64,000 nt of DNA from Bordetella parapertussis (GTDB lineage Bacteria; Pseudomonadota; Gammaproteobacteria; Burkholderiales; SG8-41): positions 82,766 to 146,765 of the forward strand of contig CAMDRT010000003.1 of the NCBI GenBank assembly GCA_945906815.1. The letters run 5' to 3'. Below the pieces are notes generated by a model. That model made no database searches and was not told the DNA's origin. It saw only the letters and a list, made by a program, of their open reading frames with translations. Of this stretch, positions 27,244 through 35,575 are shown in pieces; position 1 is the first letter of the stretch; every line of letters begins with the position of its first letter. The position numbers and the translations under genes are program-made.

Positions 27244-27819
27244 ATGCCCTTCGCTCCGCGCATCGCAAGCGGCGAGGTTTTCGACGTCGCGATTGCAGCC
27301 GATGCGGCCGTGGATGAGTTCTCGCAGCAGCAGAAAGTTGCGGGGGAGAGGCGCGTACCGGTTGGCCGCGTGGGCGTGGGCGTGGTCGCGCGGGCCGATG
27401 TCGATGTCCCCGATATTTCGGGTGTGGACGCCCTGAAACGCGCCGTGCTCAATGCCGAATCGGTGGTGTTCAACCGCGCGTCCAGTGGCCTTTACGTCGA
27501 GACTCTGATGAAGAAGTTGGAGTTGTATGACCGGATCGCGGAAAAAACCAAACGCTTTGATAACGGCCCCGCGATGATGGCGCACCTGATCAACGGCAAG
27601 GGACGCGAGATCGCGTTCGGCGCGATCATCGAAATCCTGATGTTTCGTGATCAGGGCCTCAAGTTCGCCGGCCCGCTGCCGCCCGAAGTGCAGCACTGGA
27701 CAGCTTGCGTCGCCGCACCGATGCTATCTGCGCCGAATGCGGCGGGCGTGCAGTCCTTTCTACAGTACCTCGCGACGGCGCCGGCGAAAGCGCTGTTCGC
27801 CGCGCATGGAATAGAGTAA
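27244..27819 (+). pseudogene. 5'-truncated paralogue of the ModA-like periplasmic-binding-fold gene at 37400..38104
   Basis: The 186 C-terminal residues (27259-27819) align colinearly, without gaps, to 37544-38104. About 80% aa identity by hand count (37 differences in 186). The first ~45 aa, including the ISVLSAGS beta-strand, are missing. The ORF remains open, so residual function is possible. Confidence 0.55.
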
Positions 27820-27934
27820 TTAATTATCTAAAAAATATCATATAAACAATTACTTATGATTATTTCATAAATAGTATTTATTCTGAAGTAGATGCTCACA
27901 TTAAGCTAAATTCAGGCTATATTTAAGCATATTC
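27820..27934. promoter_or_regulatory. 115-bp extremely AT-rich tract upstream of the wHTH-NTase gene
   Basis: Hand count gives 24 G+C in 115 nt (about 21%) in a >60% GC background. It has several TATA-like hexamers and lies between the truncated ModA-like remnant and ATG 27935. Confidence 0.4.
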
Positions 27935-28540
27935 ATGCTAATATTTGGTATGTCTATTGGCTCCGCCCTCTTTTCCAACAGCCAGTCACGCGTCTACCGC
28001 TGGCTGTTTGGCCAACCTGAGCGTGACTTTCATTTGAGCGAGTTGCGGCGGCTGACTGGGCTGGGCAGTGCTTCACTGCAGCGTGAACTGAACCGTCTTG
28101 CCACGGCAGGGCTCGTGCGCTCGGAGCGTGTCGGCAATTTGCGCCGCTTTCGCGCGAACCCGCAAAGCCCGGTTTACAGCGAGTTGATTACCCTGACGCG
28201 CAAGACATTGGGGGCAGAGCCGTTGCTACGCGAGGCGTTACGGCCACTCGCCCCTGACCTGCACGCGGCATGGATTTACGGCTCTGTTGCGAAACAGACC
28301 GATACCGCGCAAAGCGACATCGACGTCATGCTGATCGGCGACAACCTGCTGCTCGGTAAAATACTCGAACTGCTGGTGCCGGTGGAAACGCAACTTGGAC
28401 GCAAGATCAACCCCACCTACTACACACCCGAAGAATTCCAGCGCCGCCGTGCTGAAGCGGATTCGTTCGTCAATCGCGTACTGGCGCAACCCGTGATCCC
28501 GCTAATCGGAGAATCCCCTGAGCCTGCCCGCTCTGGATAA
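27935..28540 (+). CDS. winged-HTH fused to a minimal (pol-beta type) nucleotidyltransferase; MntA-like
   Basis: N-terminal LSELRRLTGLGSASLQRELNRLATAGLVRSERVGNLRRF is the wHTH. IYGSVAKQTDTAQSDIDVMLIG gives the GS...DxD NTase core. 201 aa; an alternative ATG lies at 27950. Confidence 0.75.
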   Translation: MLIFGMSIGSALFSNSQSRVYRWLFGQPERDFHLSELRRLTGLGSASLQRELNRLATAGLVRSERVGNLRRFRANPQSPVYSELITLTRKTLGAEPLLREALRPLAPDLHAAWIYGSVAKQTDTAQSDIDVMLIGDNLLLGKILELLVPVETQLGRKINPTYYTPEEFQRRRAEADSFVNRVLAQPVIPLIGESPEPARSG

Positions 28541-28544
28541 TTTA

Positions 28545-28868
28545 GTGCGCATCGGCCAACTCAAGGCGGAGCCGCGCAACTACAACGAGGCGAAACGCTT
28601 GCTGGCGATGGCGCGCACGCGCCTGCGCGACGCGCAATTGCCCAGCCTTTCCGTCGAAGGCCGCTTCACCAGCGCCTACAACGCAGCGCACGCGGCGGCT
28701 TTATCTGCGCTACGATGGCACGGTTATCGCAGCGAAAACCGCTACATCGTATTTCAGTGCCTTACCCACACCTTAAATTGGACGGCGCCGCAATGGCGGG
28801 TGCTCGACGCCGCCCACAAGAAACGTAATCTTGCCGAGTACGAAGGCTTTCTCGAAGTAGAAGAATAG
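28545..28868 (+). CDS. small helical HEPN-like protein, putative partner of the wHTH-NTase
   Basis: GTG start 5 nt after the upstream stop; 107 aa. FTSAYNAAHAAALSALRWHGYR and the C-terminal HKKRNLAEYEG resemble a degenerate HEPN Rx4-6H motif with Tyr in place of His. The assignment is tentative. Confidence 0.5.
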   Translation: MRIGQLKAEPRNYNEAKRLLAMARTRLRDAQLPSLSVEGRFTSAYNAAHAAALSALRWHGYRSENRYIVFQCLTHTLNWTAPQWRVLDAAHKKRNLAEYEGFLEVEE

Positions 28869-28986
28869 ACCATCGCGGAGCTGTGCGCGCTGACGGAGCA
28901 GCTGACTGACGGTGTGGCCTCGTTGGTTGAAACGTAGCCAGAAAAAATTCGTGCTTGGCCCCTTTGATCCAAATTCGGAGACCCGC

Positions 28987-29538
28987 ATGCCATTCCTGAA
29001 ATCGCACAACGAAAAGTCCGGACCTGGCGACGTGTTTCACGCGTACCCGGAGATTTACCGCCACTGGGCTGAGATGGGGCAGGCGCTGATCAATGGGCCG
29101 TCGCCGCTGTCGCCGGGCGAGCGCGAGATGATCCAGGCCTTCGTGGCCGGGCTCATCCATTGCCAATTCGCCTACGTGGCGCATGCTGCGGCCGCGGTAT
29201 CACGCGGCATCGAGCCGGGCGTGGTCGAGAAGCTGGTGGCGGATGTGACCAGGGCGCCGGTGAGCGCGAAGTTAAAGCCGTTGCTGGCATTGGTGAAAAA
29301 GCTGGCGCTCACGCCCGCCGAAGTGTCGCAAAGCGACGCCGATGCCGTGTTCGCCGCCGGCTGGGACGAGCAGGCCTACCACAGCGCGGTCGCGGTCACG
29401 GCACGAATGACCTTCATGTCCAAAATCATCCACGGTCACGGCTTCGTGCCGATGAGCCCCGAGCGCGCCAAGGCCAACGCCGAGCACCGCGCGAAGGCGG
29501 GCTATGTGGGGATCTATCCGCAACTCGCGAAAAAGTGA
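28987..29538 (+). CDS. carboxymuconolactone decarboxylase / AhpD-like family protein
   Basis: GGAGAC RBS. MPFLKSHNEKSG...LSPGEREMIQAFVAGLIHCQFAYVAH is an AhpD-core-like motif with a single Cys. 183 aa. Confidence 0.75.
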   Translation: MPFLKSHNEKSGPGDVFHAYPEIYRHWAEMGQALINGPSPLSPGEREMIQAFVAGLIHCQFAYVAHAAAAVSRGIEPGVVEKLVADVTRAPVSAKLKPLLALVKKLALTPAEVSQSDADAVFAAGWDEQAYHSAVAVTARMTFMSKIIHGHGFVPMSPERAKANAEHRAKAGYVGIYPQLAKK

Positions 29539-29589
29539 AACGCTGGATTAGGCGCTGCGGGATACTCGAGCCAGGACCTTGGCACAAGC

Positions 29590-29770
29590 GATTTGATGTT
29601 GAGTAACACCGTGCGCGTGCATCGCAAACTGCGTCAGGCCGGTGTGGTCGCCGATCTGCATGTGCACGAAGGACAGGCACACGGCGGCTGGTACCGTGAC
29701 CACCGCGCCGGAAGCGAAAGAGACGCTTGAAGTGATTGCGCAGTTTTTTGACAAGCATCCGGGTAAATAG
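29590..29770 (+). pseudogene. C-terminal remnant of an alpha/beta-hydrolase (fold-3 esterase-like), frameshifted
   Basis: Hand translation gives DLMLSNTVRVHRKLRQAGVVADLHVHEGQAH. A frame change then yields GTVTTAPEAKETLEVIAQFFDKHPGK*. There is no N-terminal part. Confidence 0.5.
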
Positions 29771-29828
29771 CACGCAGCAACTCAGTTACCTTTGTCAGCG
29801 GACCAGCGGTGGCGGCAAGGTTCAACCC

Positions 29829-30125
29829 ATATTGCTCGACCAGGATGTGTTCGGCGATGGCAGGGTATTGATACTAGGCACGCCGGGCCACACGGTTTTG
29901 CTGGTGAAGCTGGCGCAAACCGGCAATGTGATATTGAGCGGCGATCTTGCGCACTTCCGTGAAAACTACGAGACCAGCGGTGTACCCGTCTTTAACGTCA
30001 ATCGTGCTGAAACGCTGGCCTCGATTGATCGCGTCAAGAAAATCGCGGCGAATCTCAAGGCCACGATGATTATCCAGCATGACCCGCGCGACCTCGGCAA
30101 ACTGCCCGCATTTCCGGCTGCGGCG
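29829..30125 (+). pseudogene. C-terminal remnant of an MBL-fold N-acyl-homoserine-lactonase-like hydrolase
   Basis: LLDQDVFGDGRVLILGTPGHTVLLVKLAQTGNVILSGDLAHFRENYE...MIIQHDPRDLGKLPAFPAAA. The HxHxDH region is absent and the TPGHTPGH motif is shortened. The stop is lost, so the frame reads into the convergent Bug gene. Confidence 0.6.
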
Positions 30126-30140
30126 CGGTGGCGCAGGCTG

Positions 30141-31130
30141 CTATTTCGCGATCAACCCGGCGGCCTTGGCCACCTTGGTAAAGGTCTCGATCTGCTTGCG
30201 TATCATGCGATCGTATTCTTCCGGCGTAGTCGGAGCGAGCTCGACGCCCAGGGCCTTGAAGCGCTCCTTGACGTCGGGTAACTCAAGCACGCGCGCAACG
30301 TCTTTGCTGATCTGATTCACGACAGGTCGCGGTGTGCGCGCCGGCGCCAACAGCGCGTGCGCGGCATCCCGCTCATATCCGGGCAAGACTTCAGGCATCG
30401 CGGGCACATTCGGCAGCAATGGCGAGCGTGTTGCGGTAACGACTGCAAGTGCCAACAATTTTCCTTCCTTCACCAAGCCCAACGCCGGCTGCAGACCCAG
30501 GACGCCGTAATGGATGCGCCCGGCAAGAATTTCTATCATCACTTCCGACTGGCCCTTGAAAGCCACGTGCCCGGCATTGATGCCGGCGAGCATGTTGAAT
30601 CGCAACGTCGTCATGTGGGTTGCGGTGCCGCCGCCCGGCGTGGCGTAAAGAATCTTGCCGGGCCGCTCCTGTGCGAGCGCGATCAACTCCCTGACCGATT
30701 TGACGCCCAGCGAAGGCGTGACCGCCAGTACGCTGGTCGAGATGCCGATCTGTGTGACGCCGCGGAAATCCTTCAGCGTGTCGTAGGGCAGATTCGGTTG
30801 CATCACTGCGGCAACTGCGAATCCGGCGGACACGAGCGATAGCGTGTGTCCATCGGGCGTTGCCTGCGCGACCACGGCTGAAGCCAGTGTACCGCCGGCA
30901 CCCGTGCGATTTTCGATGACCACCGGCTGGCCCCATAGTTCGGAGAGCTTGGGAGCGATGATGCGCGCGGTAACGTCAAGCGGTCCACCCGCCGAGAATC
31001 CTACAACGATGCGCACCGGTTTGTTCGGAAATTTTGGCTGCGTCTGCGCAATGCCCGGTGCGGCGCCTGTAAATGCCACTGCAATGATCAACGCTGAGAT
31101 CAGGCCAGGTACGGAAACTTTAAGCACCAT
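30141..31130 (-). CDS. Bug/TctC-family substrate-binding protein
   Basis: FPNKPVRIVVGFSAGGPLDVTARII and PDGHTL. 329 aa. Confidence 0.9.
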   Translation of the reverse strand: MVLKVSVPGLISALIIAVAFTGAAPGIAQTQPKFPNKPVRIVVGFSAGGPLDVTARIIAPKLSELWGQPVVIENRTGAGGTLASAVVAQATPDGHTLSLVSAGFAVAAVMQPNLPYDTLKDFRGVTQIGISTSVLAVTPSLGVKSVRELIALAQERPGKILYATPGGGTATHMTTLRFNMLAGINAGHVAFKGQSEVMIEILAGRIHYGVLGLQPALGLVKEGKLLALAVVTATRSPLLPNVPAMPEVLPGYERDAAHALLAPARTPRPVVNQISKDVARVLELPDVKERFKALGVELAPTTPEEYDRMIRKQIETFTKVAKAAGLIAK

Positions 31131-31221
31131 TTCTTGCTCTCCACCACAGGATTTCGCATGAATTTGATCAAATTATCGAGGATTACATTATCTTTGGACA
31201 ATTTGCGACACGGTGCTTTTT

Positions 31222-31320
31222 TCCCCTCACCCTCGATTGGCTTCGCCCCCCTCGCTACGCTCTCGCCGATGGGAGAGGGAAGTTTAAACCCTCCGGGAGA
31301 AGGGTTGGGATGAGGGAGAG
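31222..31320. repeat. REP-like GC-rich intergenic element (cccctcaccctcg ... gggagaggg ... gggttgggatgaggg)
   Basis: Imperfect inverted C-rich and G-rich arms lie between the tandem Bug genes. A related half-site, cccttaccctcgccccctctcc, occurs at 38921-38942. Confidence 0.5.
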
Positions 31321-31371
31321 CGATGTAACACAGTTACGTAAATCTCGATAGATTGACAGCGCGTCTGGCCG

Positions 31372-32361
31372 CTACGGCGTGCGCAGCCCGACCGCTACCA
31401 CCACCTTGGATAACGTTTCGTGCAAGCGACGCAGCTGCCGGTTGTGCTCCTCCGGCGTCATCGGCGCAGGTTCGAAGCCGATGGCGGCCATGCGCTCCCT
31501 GACGTCCGGAAGCTCGAGCACGCGCGCGATGTCCTTGCTGATCTGATTCACTATGGCACGCGGCGTCCCGGCCGGCGCGATGATCGCGTGCGTGGTGTCC
31601 CGCTCGAACCCGGGCAGGGCCTCCGTGATCAGCGGCACGTCCGGCAGCGCCGCCGCCCGCTTCGCAGCGATCTGCGCCAGGGGTACCACCCGATTGTTCT
31701 GGATGAAGGGCAGCGCCGGCCCCAGGCTGATAAGGCCGTAGTTCAGGCGTCCCGAGGCGACCTCGATCAGCACCTCGGGTAACCCTTTGAACGCCACGTG
31801 CACAGTCTTGATGCCGGCGGCCACGTTGAATCTGGCGGAGGTTATGTGGGTGCCGCTGCCCGCCCCGGCCGTGCCGAACAGGAGCTTGCCGGGCCGCTCG
31901 TGCGCAAGCGCGATCAACTCCTTGACCGACTTGACGCCCAGCGTCGGTGTGACGATCAGGGCGGTGGTGACGGTTCCAATCTGGGTGACCCCGGTGAAAT
32001 CCTTGAGCAGATCGTACAAGGGTTTCTCGGGCAGCACCGCGTTGATCACCATGGCGGTCGATATCATCAAGAGCGTGTGGCCATCGGGAGTGGCCTTGGC
32101 GACCGTGACGGTGGCGAGCTGGCCACCGGCTCCCGATCGATTTTCGATGACGAGCGACTGCCCCCAGATATCGCTCAGCTTCGAGGCCACCATGCGCGCC
32201 GTGATGTCAGTGGCGCTGCCGGGAGAGAAACCCACTACGATGCGCACGGGCTTGGTGGGAAACTTCTGCTGCGCCTGAGCAATGCCCGGCACAGCGCCGG
32301 TAAATGTTGATGCAATGATCAATGTTGAAATCAAGTCAGGTACAGAAATCTTGGAAGCCAT
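31372..32361 (-). CDS. Bug/TctC-family substrate-binding protein (tandem paralogue of 30141..31130)
   Basis: FPTKPVRIVVGFSPGSATDITARMV and PDGHTLL. 329 aa, colinear with its neighbour. Confidence 0.9.
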   Translation of the reverse strand: MASKISVPDLISTLIIASTFTGAVPGIAQAQQKFPTKPVRIVVGFSPGSATDITARMVASKLSDIWGQSLVIENRSGAGGQLATVTVAKATPDGHTLLMISTAMVINAVLPEKPLYDLLKDFTGVTQIGTVTTALIVTPTLGVKSVKELIALAHERPGKLLFGTAGAGSGTHITSARFNVAAGIKTVHVAFKGLPEVLIEVASGRLNYGLISLGPALPFIQNNRVVPLAQIAAKRAAALPDVPLITEALPGFERDTTHAIIAPAGTPRAIVNQISKDIARVLELPDVRERMAAIGFEPAPMTPEEHNRQLRRLHETLSKVVVAVGLRTP

Positions 32362-32684
32362 TTCTCGCCCTCCACCAAATTATTTCGCGTGCATTTGACC
32401 GTCAGACACACGCGGTTTTCACAGCCTGTTTACCGGCTTTATTTTTGCGATCGGTAGTGGGGGAGCAGCATACACCCAGCCTTTACTCCGTTGTATTTTG
32501 ATGCCACTACTGTTGCGCTATTCCGGGACTATCGACGCTTAAACAACGGATTGCGTTATTCCTTGAACGTGCGACTGGGGGGCCAACTTGATAGTGCCAT
32601 AATGGAGTCAGGGTACGTTTCTGCAGCGGCCGGCCCTTCTCGACAGCCTGACCGCCGGAATTTATCTCAAGGACATCAGGCACC

Positions 32685-33674
32685 ATGACCGTGACGAACG
32701 CTTTCAAAACGCCAATTGTCGACGCCCTTAGCGTGCGCGTGCTGGTGGATTCGCGCTACGAGCGCTTCCTGCCGAAAGCCCCGCACCCGTACGTGCAGAT
32801 CGAGCATGTCGGACGCATCGCCGGCCGCCCCGATATGACTTTCGCCTGTGAATGGGGGCTGTCGCTGCACCTCACCTCGATGCAGGACGGCGCCACGGCG
32901 CAGTACGTGCTCGACTTCGGCTATACGCCGGAGATCATCAACCGCAACTTCGAGTTGCTTAATATCGAACCGGCGAAAATCAACGGGCTGATCCTGAGCC
33001 ACGGCCACCTCGATCATTTCGGCGGGCTCAACGGCTTCATCGGCAAGCACCGCGGGCAGATGCGTGACGACATTACGCTCTACGTCGGCGGCGAGACGGT
33101 GTTCCGCCAGAAGTGGGTCAAGGAAGACGGCGAGGCGCAACCCTGGTGCACGCTCGACCGCGCAGCACTGGCAGCGCAGAAAGTCGCCGCGGTGTGTTGC
33201 CCGAAACCGCAGGCACTGGAAGGCCCCTTCACCTCGGGCTACATAGAACGCAAGTCCTTCGAGGAAGTCACTGGCGGCTCGCTGGTGGCAGACGACCATT
33301 TCAGCGAGGCGGAACGTCAGGGCAAGTTAGTCAAGGACACGCATCCCGACGAGCACGCCACCTGCTACGTCGTCAAGGGCCGCGGCCTGGTGGTGATTTC
33401 CTCCTGCGGTCACACCGGCATTATCAACACCGTGAAGAGCGCGATGGCGGCGGCCAATGTCGACAAGGTGCACGCGGTGATGGGCGGCTTCCACCTCGGG
33501 CCCGCGCCGCTCGATTACCTGCAGCACAGCCTGCGCGAGCTGGAAGCATTGAACCCGGACGTGATCGTGCCGATGCACTGCACCGGCGAGCGCTTCATCG
33601 ACATGCTGCGCCATCGCATGCCCGACAAGGTGGTCTACTCCAACGTCGGCAGCCGGTATACCTTCGGCGCGTGA
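32685..33674 (+). CDS. MBL-fold metallo-hydrolase (COG1237-like subgroup)
   Basis: GLILSHGHLDHFGGL is the HxHxDH motif. WGLSLHL, VISSCGHTGIIN and MGGFHL are also present. 329 aa, no signal peptide. Confidence 0.85.
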   Translation: MTVTNAFKTPIVDALSVRVLVDSRYERFLPKAPHPYVQIEHVGRIAGRPDMTFACEWGLSLHLTSMQDGATAQYVLDFGYTPEIINRNFELLNIEPAKINGLILSHGHLDHFGGLNGFIGKHRGQMRDDITLYVGGETVFRQKWVKEDGEAQPWCTLDRAALAAQKVAAVCCPKPQALEGPFTSGYIERKSFEEVTGGSLVADDHFSEAERQGKLVKDTHPDEHATCYVVKGRGLVVISSCGHTGIINTVKSAMAAANVDKVHAVMGGFHLGPAPLDYLQHSLRELEALNPDVIVPMHCTGERFIDMLRHRMPDKVVYSNVGSRYTFGA

Positions 33675-34063
33675 TCTGGCGGCTTGCTCCACACGTGAAA
33701 CCGATTGAAGCAACGCTCGCCGCAGAGGCACAGGCGTGGTGCAAAATGATCATTTCCCGGAATCCAACGATCGTGAATCGTGGCCCTGCGGCCCGCATTT
33801 TGAGTGAGACGACACAACAGGACTGTCTGCTGGTGCGTGCGGTGATGTATTTTCAGACCTGGGAGTGGCCGCAGTCGGGCTCGGGCTGGGGTGATTACTA
33901 TTTTCGCGTTGTCGAGATGACGTTCGTGAATGACGCCAAGTCCGCCGAACGTGTCCTTGACGAACACCGCATTCATGTCACCGAGTACGAAGACGAGTCG
34001 TTCGATTGGCAGGCGGCACTGGCGGAATTTTCAAAGCCGTTCGAGCAGGAACAACGCGGCTGA
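33671..34063 (+). CDS. hypothetical protein
   Basis: Only the tail of track ORF 33113..34063 is non-overlapping. A candidate GTG start at 33671 forms a GTGA overlap with the MBL stop; an alternative ATG lies at about 33746 (MIISRNPTIV...). Trp-rich and acidic; no family recognised. Confidence 0.4.
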   Translation: MIWRLAPHVKPIEATLAAEAQAWCKMIISRNPTIVNRGPAARILSETTQQDCLLVRAVMYFQTWEWPQSGSGWGDYYFRVVEMTFVNDAKSAERVLDEHRIHVTEYEDESFDWQAALAEFSKPFEQEQRG

Positions 34064-34205
34064 GCGGGACCAGCGCTAAAGCTGCTTAATACCGCTGAAC
34101 ATAAAGGGTTGAAGGCGCTCGCTTAGGCTGGAATCGCAGATGTGATTTTGAATGACCCAAACCTGTCGTACCCTCAACGCCATATTCACACTCACCGGAG
34201 CAGCA

Positions 34206-34745
34206 ATGCCTCGAAATAAGCTCGTCGCCTATGCCTTTACTTTCCTGGCCGCTTTGGGGCTGGTCATGTACCTGCTGCTGCCACCGGAATCCGATCTGCG
34301 TCTTTTGGGCCTGATACTTGTGGTTATCTGGCTGCCCATGGCACTACGATACTTGACCAGGAAGGCCAAAGAACGCGCCACCGCGCTGCTGCTGCCCAAG
34401 GCAAGCCCGCCCGCGTTCCACCCGCGCGAGGTGAATGCGACGCTTGAAGCAACGTTTTCCGTTACGGTCGGAACGGACTTGATGCGAGTGGATAACGGCA
34501 TTCTGGATTTGCGCTGCCTGCTGGCATTGGGCACCGACGGCTTCAGCGCAAGACTATGGCGCGCGGACAAAATAACGGGCCCCTGGCCCAGCGAGGAGAA
34601 GCTGATTCTGAACGCGGAATTCCTGGTTCCAGACCGTGCGTTGCCGCGTTTCCCCGCCGATACCATTGCACAGGTACTGTTGCGCGACACCTTTATCGGT
34701 ACCGTCAGGGTATTGAGCGCAAACGCGCCGGCGAGCACGGCGTAA
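34206..34745 (+). CDS. hypothetical membrane protein (2 predicted TM helices plus a beta-rich C-terminal domain)
   Basis: GGAG RBS 5 nt before ATG 34206. MPRNKLVAYAFTFLAALGLVMYLLL and LLGLILVVIWLPMAL are the hydrophobic helices. No family recognised. Confidence 0.5.
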   Translation: MPRNKLVAYAFTFLAALGLVMYLLLPPESDLRLLGLILVVIWLPMALRYLTRKAKERATALLLPKASPPAFHPREVNATLEATFSVTVGTDLMRVDNGILDLRCLLALGTDGFSARLWRADKITGPWPSEEKLILNAEFLVPDRALPRFPADTIAQVLLRDTFIGTVRVLSANAPASTA

Positions 34746-34835
34746 ACTATCCCCGGCCAGTGAATCTGCTTTGAGGACCACTTGAAGGCCTTGCGATATC
34801 GCACGATAAAAGACGTGCCCCTTCGCTTCTCATCC

Positions 34836-35168
34836 GCGCGCGGCATCGAGCCGGGCGTGGTCGAAGAGCTGGTGGCGGATGTGGCCAGCGCACCGGTCAG
34901 CGCAAAGTTGAAACCGCTGTTGGCATTGGTGCGCAAGCTTGCGCTCACGCCCACCGAAGTGTCGCAAAGCGATGCCGTACTCGCCGCCGGATGGGACGAG
35001 CAGGCCTACCACAGCACGGTCGCGGTCACGGCGCGCATGACCTTCATGTCCAAAATCATCCACGGTCACGGCTTCGTGCCGATGAGTCCCGAGCGCGCCA
35101 GAGCCAATGCCGAGCACCGCGCGAAGGCGGGGTATGTCGCGCTCTATCCGCAACTTGCCAAAAAGTGA
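34836..35168 (+). pseudogene. C-terminal remnant of a second CMD/AhpD-like gene (paralogue of 28987..29538)
   Basis: ARGIEPGVVEELVADVASAPVSAKLKPLLALV...GYVALYPQLAKK aligns to 29200-29538 at about 90% aa identity with a 2-aa deletion. The N-terminal ~95 aa are missing. Confidence 0.65.
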
Positions 35169-35271
35169 AGCGCTGGATTGAGGGCCACGGGATAATCTGG
35201 CGAGGTTCGTTTGATTCAGTACGTAGCCATCGGATCAATGCCTCTTTGAATTGTCGAAGCGAGAGGAAAGC

Positions 35272-35506
35272 ATGAGAACTGAAGTCTCGCATGGCTCGCC
35301 AATAGCACTGTTGATCCTCCCGCTCGCAGGCTTATTCGCCACCACCGGCGACGCCATCGGGCAAAATTTTCCCGTGCGCCGCCGGCAACATCGGCAACGA
35401 TCTCGCCGCGAAAGCGCCGCCTGACAGATACACCATCGTGACGACATCGATGAGCACGGCGATCAGCATGAGCTCGCTTTTTTACGCGGAGGAATTAAGC
35501 GGCTAG
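35272..35506 (+). pseudogene. heavily deleted Bug/TctC gene remnant
   Basis: RBS plus a signal peptide, MRTEVSHGSPIALLILPLAGLFATTGDAIGQNFPV. A frame jump then gives AGNIGNDLAAKAPPDRYTIV..., the Bug GAGG-IG...AKA.PDGYT region, followed by a stop. Confidence 0.55.
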
Positions 35507-35575
35507 CGAGGCATAAATCCAGTAGCATTGTCCACCCTGTTCAACATGATCGCTGGAGGCATCTTGCATCGGAAA

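Noticed and set aside
29829-30125. Functional quorum-quenching AHL lactonase.
   Set aside because: Only the C-terminal ~100 residues are present and the HxHxDH metal site is missing. The second copy (36674-36827) is even more reduced. Both are treated as pseudogene remnants.
33113-34063. 316-aa ORF on the plus strand.
   Set aside because: Its first ~185 codons are an out-of-frame overlap of the well-supported MBL gene and are Arg/Gly/Ala/His-rich. Only the portion after the MBL stop (33671..34063) is kept, as a low-confidence CDS.
34229-34954. 241-aa Ser/Arg-rich ORF antisense to the hypothetical membrane protein.
   Set aside because: It has low-complexity composition and no RBS. It also spans the boundary into the CMD remnant. 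The plus-strand ORF has a GGAG RBS and credible TM helices.
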